DNA from: Pecten maximus
Taxonomy: Eukaryota
DNA length: 64,000 bases
Direction: 5' to 3'
Assembly: GCF_902652985.1 (NCBI RefSeq)
Contig: NC_047025.1
Span: 34,472,001-34,536,000 of the forward strand
Both the position numbers and the translations under genes were made by a program. Shown piece by piece: positions 54,464 through 64,000 of the stretch. Position 1 is the first letter of the stretch; each line of letters opens with the position of its first letter. The notes beneath the pieces were generated by a model. The model saw nothing but the letters and a program-made list of their open reading frames with translations. It was not told the DNA's origin and ran no database searches.

Positions 54464-57400
54464 CTACTGTATGTTTATCCCACAAATTCTGTCCATAGAA
54501 CATCCAACACAATCAGTGCAGGGTTCATAAAGATCTAGATACAAAAGTGTAACCATCCAAGGAAATAGCCCATAAATTGTCCAACTCAAAAGAGTCCAAA
54601 TAAATTCCTTTGTAGTTGCTCCTGATTCTGAATGTCCTCTTGAACTCCTGAGAATATTGTGGTATTCCACACAATTATCATAATAATTCACCGATCGTCT
54701 TTTCTGTAATGAAAATACGGGAGAAAATTGAAGAATCCTATACTATTTAGAATTTTATACTGGTAGCTATATAAGTAGTACATAAGCTATAAGTTAAAGA
54801 TAGCATTTGACATTAATATGCATAATTAGTAAACATAGTCTTGACACAACTGTAAGCTTCTAATACATGTAGTTTCTTAAGATGTATAAAGTATCAAATG
54901 TCACTAGTACACTGTTTCACAATACATTTAAGTCATAATTTCTTTATTTCTTTGTAAATTGTCGCTAAGAAAAATTGTTTTAAAAGGCTTAATTGAATTT
55001 ACAATTTTGTGTTGAAAATGGAATGGAGTTTAAATTTTGTCCCAAAAAGTAACAAATTACCTCTATATTAGATATAATATAAAAAGGATAATTACTGAAA
55101 CCTATAAGGAATTACAATCATACTGGTAAGTTTGGTAGTACATTACATACAATTTCACCTTTTCTTGAAAACTTTTGCTGCCCTTTTTGTCTTTTCTGTT
55201 GTCCCTTTCTCTAGACCAGAACCATCCAGACTTTTCTGTCCCCACGTGGTGTTCTTATGATTTTCCGTAGTGTATTCAGGCAGTCCAACCTTAGCTGTAG
55301 TGTATTCAGGCAGTCCGACCTTAGCCGTAGTGTATTCAGGCAGTCCGACCTTAGAACACTTGCTCAATGCTTTCTCCCAGGCTTCACAGCTAATGTATGG
55401 TATACCTGTATCAATGTATAAACCACAGTAGTCAAGCAAAGTACACTTATATACTTCTAAGAGTTTATGTTTCTTTTGTGTTTCGGTCATGTAAACTAGC
55501 TGTTCTGTTAGCTCTACTTATTTACTGGTTTACCACCTACATGACTCTCTCTATCACTAGGTTTCATGTCTCTGACAATAGTCAGTGTTCTGTAGGCTAG
55601 AGTTAGTTACTGGTTTACCACCTATATGACTTTCCCTTTTGCTAGGTTTTTAGTGATTAACTTTAGTCAGTGTTCTGTCGGCTATAGTTACATTGTAGCT
55701 ACTAGTTTACCACCTACATGACTCTCTCTATCACTAGGTCTCATCTCCTCGACTATAGTCAATGTTCTGTAGGCAATAGTTAGTTACTGGTTTACCACCT
55801 ATATGACTCTCTCTATCACTAGGTCTCATCTCCTCGACTATAGTCAATGTTCTGTAGGCAATAGTTAGTTATTGGTTTACCACCTACATGACTTTCTCTA
55901 TCACTAGGTCTCATCTCCTCGACTATAGTCAATGTTCTGTAGGCAATAGTTAGTTACTGGTTTACCACCTCTATGACTCTGCCCATTGCTAGGTCTCATC
56001 TCCTCGACTATAGTCAATGTTCTGTAGGCAATAGTTAGTTACTGGTTTACCACCTACATGACTCTCCCTATTACTAGGGTTTATGTTCCCGACTTTAGTC
56101 AGTGCTCGATCTGCCAATGTTTCGTAATGAGAATAATCCAGACATAATTATACAAGACAAAATGATGTTGGTACCTAGTTTATAAGCAAGCTTCTCTATT
56201 TCTGCCTTGTTAGTTGCATCACATGATCCATGAACTACAAAGTCAGTGGCATTGGATAGTTTCTTATCTACGGTGCAGCCATGCATTACAGCTTTAGATA
56301 CCGATCTATGGAGGTCATCCTGATTCATCCCTGTAAATAACACTCTGCGTTCGTTCATATCAACCATGGGTACTACAACGATAAAAATGTCATGTCAGCA
56401 TCACAGAAAATATACAAAACAGATATATCTGAACATATGATGCAATGATATCAAAATCCCCATATAGCTTAAAGACTAATTGGAAAAATACAAAGTGTAA
56501 CAGTTTGTTCCCCCTTTCAATTGTTTATAAAAGCATTGTTAATAAATAGGTCTAATATTGGATAAGAAAATACAAAAGAGACTGAGTATCAGTAGAACTG
56601 ATGAATAATCCACAAAAACAACTTGATTGGAGGTTGTCTGTGAATTTTGTATTTGGTCAATTTCATCTATAAAACTATGTTACAAGAGGCCAAACAGGCC
56701 TGCATAGCTCACCTGGAATTCTATTCTTTGATGATTTTCTGCCTACGAGTTGATCAAAAGGACTTGATTCTAGGATTTCAGCTAATAAGAAGTCCTTCAT
56801 ATATATATTTTAAAAAATTTACTTCTTTGACCTTAAATATGGGTCAAGGTCATATTGCATTTCTTTTCCCGAACTTTGTGGGCTCCACCCCAGGAAACAC
56901 CAGCTAGCTGAATATACTTCTAGGCATTTTAGTTTGTGAGAAGAAGTTGTTTGAATGTTTTAACAAATTTGATCCCCTGACTTTCAATATGAGTCATTTC
57001 ATTTGCAAACTATGTGGAACTCCATATTTAAGGAACTATGTGGAACTCCATATTTAAGGAACCTACCAGCCAAATTCCTGATCCTGTCTGAATTGTGGGC
57101 AGACCTATGCTCTGAACATGAAAGACAGTTGGGAAGACAGACTAACGGCAACTTTAAACATGATGCACTCCCCCAAAAATTTTGGGAAGCATGAAAATAC
57201 AGATATCTGAATGGTTTGATTCCTAACAGGAATATTTAAATCACTAATGACCTCTGTTACAGTAAAAATTGAAACCATAATATGGTAGTTTTTTTCTTTG
57301 CCAACAAGATGCATGACTATTATAAATGAATGGAAGATTTAAAAAAATTACCAAAACATTAATATTTTGTTCACAACACAATGAGGACATGACTTACTCA

Positions 57401-59059
57401 ACTCTGGCATGACTGAATTTCTGTTGCTGTTGTCATTTGCTACCTCCATCTTTTTCTGGTTTTTCTTTTCCTTCATCAAAATGGCTAGCATCACTGATAA
57501 AAAAAATATTATTCAGTTATAACCTTTGTTTGCAAAGCATTGATGACAGCAGAAAGACAATCAAAATAGGTCACCCTGACCCATTATGTCTGTTGACCTA
57601 AAATCAGAGTTCTTGATCATGATGGAAAAGGTGATCTACTGGTATATGACATGACTTTATATATTTTTACATTCTGGAGAAGAAGTGAACAGATTTCCAT
57701 GACAGTGTTGTTAAACATTAGTCCAAATTTTAGTTATATCTATAGACACACACAACTTCCTTAATGAATTTAGTCTTGTCATAATATTACTTTCTATTCA
57801 AGAGGGACAGCAATGAAAATATTTTCAAAATGGCAACTATGGCAGCTATCTTTAATGTGACAGGGTTTGGACCTGACCATATACAGCTTTTCAGTGAAAG
57901 TCCTGTCTCGTTACAACGATCCATTCATGCATGAGAAGTAATGATAATAATATTAAATATGCTGCCATGGTGGCCATCTTGAATGTCACATGGTTCATTC
58001 AGGATAAACTGTGGACCAGGCCTTAAACATTAATAGAAGATGTGTGTGTGTGTCATTATAGCAATTTTAACATTGAAGAGCAGCTGTAAGGAGACAATAG
58101 TTTATAGAGAGGCAGACAAAAGACCATAATGTACTGTGATCAGCTCATTTGGACTTCAAGCAATAAAGCCAAAACGAAATAAAAAATTAATTGTTTAACT
58201 AACAAATTGTTAATTAACTATCCATACCATTTTCACTGTAGTCTCTCTTGCGCCCTTTAGATCCAGTAATAGATTTGAATCGTTTCATTGACCGCTGCAC
58301 ATCCCTTTCTGTGATAAGTGTGGACTCTAGTGGCAGAATGGCTGCCTTTTTAGCTGCTCGTAATGCCAGCTGGTCAGCATGGTCATTCCCATCAACTCCA
58401 GCATCTGAAGGGATCCAGTCTATAGCCACACCTACACCTTGAGACACGATATAATCTCTCTTCTGTCTGATACTCACAACAATATCTTTGTATGCTTCAA
58501 ATGTATCATATAAACATCCTTTAATCACCTCTTGGTTATCACAAAAAAATTGAATTTTATCCAGGTCAATAAGATTGATATTTTTAGTAATGTGAGACAG
58601 AGCTTTCTCTATTGCAGTGTATTCAGCTAGCTCAACTGAGGCCCGTGCTGACACAGGGACAGATAACTCTGCAACTTTCGTCTTATCCTTTTGATAAATG
58701 ACGGCTCCAATACCACATGGCCCCACTCTTCCTTTAGAGTCTAACACGGAACCATCAGTGTATACTACAAGTGTATTTTCCGGTAAAGATGTTAATATTT
58801 TCTGATACATTTCTTTTGCATATTCTATTTTCTCATCCGTTCTCATTCCATACCAATAATTAGGAATAGAATTTGCATATTTTCTCAAAAACTGAAGCTC
58901 CCTGCTAACCACATGTGGTAAGCATTTTTTATGGTTACATTCACACACGCTGGCTGGAGACGTGGAAGTTTGATTAGGAGTCAGCACATTTGTAATTTTT
59001 GCTACATTTAAAACATGATAGAATACTCTACATGGTGTCCGTCTACGTAGCACAAACAT
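54464..59059 (-). CDS. Uncharacterised protein: presequence-like N-terminus + retrotransposon-type RNase H + BRCT + tentative C-terminal TM/Cys-rich tail (~548 aa, 6 coding exons)
   Basis: Exons 58228-59059, 57398-57493, 56175-56372, 55159-55405, 55061-55094 (tentative), 54464-54703 (tentative); GT-AG, in phase, no stops. RNase H motifs VYTDGS, SVELAEYTAI, FFCDNQ, WIPSDAGVDGNDHADQLA. The BRCT-like segment RVLFTG..HGCTVDKKLSNATDFVVHG..KLAYKL|GIPYISCEAWEKAL is completed across the intron. Confidence 0.8.
55500..56100. repeat. 85-bp tandem repeat x~7 in the intron that splits the BRCT domain
   Basis: Anchor actggtttaccacct (or close variants) at 55524, 55609, 55701, 55786, 55871, 55956, 56041. 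Confidence 0.9.
56175..56372 (-). CDS. BRCT-like domain exon
   Basis: ttgtag|..VDMNERRVLFTGMNQDDLHRSVSKAVMHGCTVDKKLSNATDFVVHGSCDATNKAEIEKLAYKL|gtacc; resembles the BRCT pattern of NAD-dependent ligase and RFC1. Confidence 0.75.
56681..57198 (+). mobile_element. Degenerate HINE-like element
   Basis: acaagaggccaaacaggcctgcatagctcacctg 5' end, tttgaccttaaat..ggtcaaggtca core, 3' stem cccaaaaattttggg. Confidence 0.5.
58228..59059 (-). CDS. RNase H1-like domain exon (non-LTR retrotransposon type)
   Basis: The four acidic catalytic residues (D-E-D-D) are present and the conserved WIPSH His is replaced by Asp. Acceptor caacag precedes 59068, donor gtatgg follows 58228. Confidence 0.9.
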
Positions 59060-59179
59060 TCTCTTGACCTGTTGGTAGAAAATGAGAAAAGTCATGAAAA
59101 AAAGTAAAAAACAAATTTAGAGTATTGTAATATGCATATGTTTATATACTCATACAAATGTAAACGAATACATGTACTA

Positions 59180-59207
59180 TAGCCCGAGTTTCCTCTGGCC
59201 CTGACAC
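59180..59207. repeat. 28-bp TIR-like sequence, exact inverted copy of 42862-42889
   Basis: tagcccgagtttcctctggccctgacac. Confidence 0.9.
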
Positions 59208-59799
59208 GAAGTGACAGGAGCCCTTGAGCCAAGCTTCCACAGGAATTTGACCTTCCATAGAGAAGAATACTGTATAGTAGTACTAGGGTGTATTTCTGCA
59301 TTCAAATTGATTGGTACAAATTATGTATTTGTCAGCTATCCTACTCATGGTCACTTACGCATCACTAACCAATATTTAAATTGAATGTTTCCTCTTAACA
59401 ACATATTTAGGCTCAGGTTACTGTGGCTGCATGGTGCTTAGTGGCACTAAATGGATAAGCCATCCACTACTGATTGACAAAGCTCACTAACCTAGAAACT
59501 TTGGGATTCAGATTTTTTGTGCTACAATTAGTGGCAACAATGTGATCTAACTTTCTGAAGTAGTTTTCATGCTACAATATATATAATATATAACAATCCA
59601 TATAGATACCTAGTATACTACCTAGGTGACTTTTTATATACAGGATAATTCTATATAGATTAATCATATGTGTTTAGCAAGCTCTCGATCATTAGTCAAA
59701 GTTCGTTTGACATAATATGTCATAATCGACTCTCTTTGACTATGATATACTACGAATATTATGTTATAACATCACAGAAAGATAAAAAAAAATACATGT

Positions 59800-59979
59800 A
59801 CCTACTAGATCTACTAACACACTACACCCATGTGTTCTCTGCAGTGTAAAAGGTGTTTTCCCGTTCTATTTTTATAAACGTCATTGATTGGTTGAAAAAT
59901 AACAATATTACAGGTCTTTTATACCGTTTTCTATTTGATTTCGGAGTTGCTTCCCTTGCATACCGGCTGACCTTCAAGC
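59800..59979. promoter_or_regulatory. Probable bidirectional promoter between GOT2 and the RNase H-BRCT gene
   Basis: Divergent genes. CRE-like acgtca and reverse CCAAT (tgattgg) at ~59877-59892. A candidate minus-strand non-coding first exon ends at a gtacat donor near 59801. Confidence 0.45.
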
Positions 59980-62900
59980 ATGGCTGTCAGACAATTTTCC
60001 AAGATTTCCAAACTGCTCCCACAAAATGCAACTTTTGTTGCATCGAGTAAGCTCAGGTAACAAATTGAAATATTATTATACATGTGATACGGTTGTCATG
60101 ATTTCTTTTGATATATTCCTCCATTTCGGTGTAAATATCCAAATGCGTTTAGGCCTATAGCATTGTCAGCAGACCACGTTTTCAAGTCGTGTTAGTGTCG
60201 GTGACATTGTCTAAATATAGGATAAGTAAGATTATGAGCTCGTATGTTGTAAACGTGTGTTTCATTATGCCTTACTTTTTTGCAGAGACGATATATTTTA
60301 TGCAATCTAAATCAGATTGACCGGGCCCTATATCAAACATTGTTGGCCTACATATATAATCACTGTCAGAAATTATCAACTTATTAAGATACTTTGATGG
60401 TACCCTATAGTCAAAAGAACAACATCCATGAATTCCATTATCGACATAGGAGTTTGGTGTTCTATCAATGAAAATATAAGATAATCTATTAAAATAGCAT
60501 AGATACTATAAAACAGACTTTTTGTATTCTTATTAATAGAATGTCCGATTGCATTGTGTAAATTGTCTAATGATTGCATCGTTATCTTTTGTTTCCAACA
60601 GGAGCATGCCAAGAAGACAAAACTGACATGCAAACACACGCTATCTCAAAACAGATAAAATGATAGGGGCAAAATGTAAACAAACTATAGATTTACATAA
60701 AAAAAAAAATTATAAGGGTTGTTTGCTTCATTGACAACACCTACCTTTTCAATCTAGCCCTATATATATGAAATCAAGATAGGACTAATGGGACATAATT
60801 AATGTTACATCTTTCAAATGAGAACTGGCCTGGTGGCAATTACCATTGGTCATCAAACATGTCTCATTTCACATTACATATAATAATAGGGGATGATGAT
60901 GTTGTCAGAACTTATCATCAAAACACAGTGCTGCTAAGAAAAGCTGGATAAATTATTGTCGTCCAAATTATTCTGATATTTTATCAACTTTTTAAAAGAG
61001 ATTGTCTGGATTAAAATCAAAACTCAGGCCCCTTAAGGTTTTTAAACATTATTATTTATAATAACATTGATACAAACTAGAGACAACAACAATTTTTACA
61101 TAGCTTTTTAGTTTTATTCACATCCGATATACATGTGTATATACAAAATATGCTTTTCAAGTTAATCAATTATATTTATTAAGGTCACAGGGGTCAAATG
61201 TGTAAATATCTTTGAATTCCTTCTTGTTAATAAAGAGGCTCAGAATTATGATATGAATTCTTACTGTAGCATGCAAAGGAATTGTGTTGAACATGGTTCA
61301 GATATGTTAATTTCTTTCGATGATTTCTTCTCATTAACTGTGAGCCCATGGCCATGCTTTTAGGCCAGTAGTATGCTGGGATTAAGGGCTTCTTAGTTTG
61401 TTCCGATTAATGACCTTGACCTATTAAGGTCACAGGGGTCAAATATGTTAAAACATTTATGTTATTTGATTGATTTCTTCTCAATAACCAAAATGCCCAG
61501 GTTCATGATATGGTTGTATGTTGAGATAAAGTGCTGCAGAATTTGTTCAAAGATATAAACTTGTATTGCACACCTGTTGGAATGAAGGGTATTCCACTTA
61601 ATATCATCCAGGTCTTGCATTAGTAACAGATGAGCAATACAGACCAATTGGGCCTCTCTTTAAGATATATCTTTATAATTATATCTACAGCTCAACATGG
61701 GCTAATGTGGAAATGGGTCCACCAGATGCCATTCTTGGAGTCACAGAAGCATTCAAACGTGACACCAATCCAAAAAAGATTAACCTGGGTGTGGGAGCTT
61801 ATCGTGATGACAGTGGGAAACCATTTATCCTGGAATGTGTCAAAGAGGTAATTAGGAGCATTCATTCCACTGTTTAATTGCTTTTAGTCAAAAGTGCTGA
61901 TGATATGAATTAGTAAATACTCTTTTAAAGTCTGAAGTTAAATGATAAATCAATTAAAAAATATATAGATGATAGTAATGAAAATATATGAACCAAATTA
62001 TGAACACTTGGATGTTTAAGCATTTTATCCAATATCTCATTGCTTTACAGGCTGAGCAGATGATGCTAAGGGAAGGTGTAGACCATGAGTATGCCCCTAT
62101 CACTGGACCACCCGAGTTCTGTAAGGAGGCTGCAAAGCTGGCATTCGGGAATGACAGCTCAGTCATCAAGGAGGGCAGGGTGAGAAGCAACTGTGAAGAT
62201 TTTATTCATAGTATTATCCCTGCTTAAGCAATGTTAGACTTGTTTACAGGAAGATATTTTTGATAAACTATAATTTTAAATGTTGAACATCTCAAAATTA
62301 ATTCCCAAGGTGAGGTTTATTTATAAGTCTTTCTAAGGGATGGATGGCCTCCATATAACATTGAAAATTAAAATATTACTTTCTTTCAGAATGTAACAGT
62401 ACAAGGTGTGTCGGGAACAGGATCACTCAGGATCGGTGGTGCCTTCTTTGTGAGTTTTCTTGTACCCAATAAATACATGTTAATTGTATTTTGTACTTTA
62501 TTCTTAAAATATTAATGTGAAAAGCAGTTTGATATTGCTATCTAATTGATAGTTTAAATTGTCATTTTTTACCCCTTAGGATAGGTTGTGCATTCTTTGT
62601 GAGTTTTCTGATACCTATTAAGCACATAATATATATTTGTATTCAAAAGATAAGGTAGCAGTGTACAGTAAAAATGCCCAATTTTGAAAAATATGACACA
62701 TGTCTTAGATATGTAAACAGCCAGTTAACCCTACATATAAACTCTAATGAAGTATATATATTTGTAATCTGTACAACATTTGCAATTTTAATACAGCTCT
62801 GAAGGATAAGTCAACTGATATTTTCTGTGATTTTTAGAGCTGTGAATACCATGGTAACAGCTTAAAAAATGTTCAAAAATTGCAAAATATTATGATATTT

Positions 62901-63839
62901 GACCCAAAATGACACAATTCTCTACACAATTTTTTTCCTGAAACCTATTTAAAATTAAATACATTTGTATCTCTATCCCAAAGACAGAATTAATCTTGTT
63001 TTGACATATGTTGTAAATTAAGTTTTTCCGCTATCTCACCTTTACTGTGGGCATCCATTTTTCGCTGTAGGCAAAACTAAATTTCCTGTGTAAACACACT
63101 TGCAGAAAATCCGGAAATTCAAATTCCGGAACCAATTTATTAATTTTTGTTTTAACAAATGTGAAGCCTGTATGTACTTCTTCATACTGAATATACCAAT
63201 TATAGTGTACATTTATTTTTTCGTTTTTTATGCATATCATAATACAGGAGTTACAGTTTGTATTTGCTTAACAAAAAAATTGCCCATGGCCAGGCTGTCC
63301 TACTGTAGTGTGCTACCTAAAAGTGAAAAAGCGATATACACAATGTTAATGACTATCTACTTAAAGGTTTAAATTGTCAACTCTCTTAACCTTTATATTA
63401 CTCATTTGACCTCATTTTGAATTATATGTTGGTTTGTTACAGTCGAGTTGGTATGCAAAGAGCAAGGTGTTCTACCTTCCAAGTCCCTCCTGGGGAAACC
63501 ATACACCTATCTTCAAGTATGTATAAAAACACAAACTCAGAAGGAACAAAGTATTTGGAAATGTAGGCTTCTCCACATCCAAGCAAGAAAATAAAATGAA
63601 TTTGATATCTGACCAAAATAATTTTGTACTGGAAGTGAAAAGAAAACTTTAGATTAGCTAGATTTGTCACTATTTCTATGCATGAAGGTACTGAATAATT
63701 ATATAAACTATATATCTCATAGTTGAACCATGCTATTGGTTGATTATTTAGGCATTCAGGTCTGGAGGTCAAGTCTTACAGATATTATGACCCAGGTACC
63801 TGTGGATATGACTTCAGTGGAGCGATGGAGGATATATCG
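59980..63839 (+). CDS. GOT2: Aspartate aminotransferase, mitochondrial; exons 1-6, continues beyond the window
   Basis: Exons 59980-60056, 61691-61847, 62051-62179, 62390-62449, 63443-63516, 63752-63839. Translation: presequence [13 protein letters not shown].., then [89 protein letters not shown]. Confidence 0.97.
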
Positions 63840-64000
63840 GTAAGTTATTACCCCTAACACAGAAGATACATGTATATCAGTAAGTTATCTCCCCTAACAC
63901 AGCAGATATATTAGTAAGTTATCTCCCCTAACACAGGAGATGTATTAGTAAGTTATCTCCCCTTACACAGAAGATATATCGGTAAGTTATCTCCCCTAAC
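63831..64000 (+). repeat. ~34-bp tandem repeat derived from the GOT2 exon 6 end plus donor
   Basis: Unit gatatatcg|gtaagttatctcccctaacacagaa, at least 5 copies, runs off the window. Confidence 0.9.

Noticed and set aside
58214-59095. Autonomous LINE or LTR retrotransposon, or canonical RNASEH1
   Set aside because: No reverse transcriptase, endonuclease, LTR or poly(A) seen; the exon is bounded by splice sites; the N-terminal hybrid-binding domain of RNASEH1 is absent.
62726-63372. piggyBac-like MITE (ttaa-ccct ... agg-tttaa)
   Set aside because: Termini match over only a few bases; no convincing TIR.

Overview
Eukaryotic, AT-rich, intron-rich genomic DNA. The V-/Meta-type tRNA SINEs and Helentron-like non-autonomous elements point to a bivalve mollusc (inference). 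From left to right the window holds: (1) a spliced, apparently intact Sola2-type DDD transposase on the minus strand running off the left edge, missed by the ORF track, whose intron carries inverted motif pairs at a ~200-bp period; (2) a complete 22-exon ELMO/CED-12 gene (minus, 14660-42362, ~737 aa, with a 15-nt microexon); (3) a 3.4-kb 22-bp satellite and a decayed multi-exon BEN-domain gene (plus); (4) a spliced minus-strand gene (54464-59059, ~548 aa as modelled) reading as a mitochondrial-presequence-like N-terminus, a non-LTR-retrotransposon-type RNase H, a BRCT domain and a tentative C-terminal transmembrane segment with Cys-rich tail; (5) head-to-head with it, the first six exons of mitochondrial aspartate aminotransferase GOT2. 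A recurring pattern is that minisatellites are built from an exon's 3' end plus its own 5' splice site, giving arrays of decoy donors. Most long ORFs in the supplied track are translations of tandem repeats. All gene models were spliced by eye using GT-AG and phase consistency; no database search was run.
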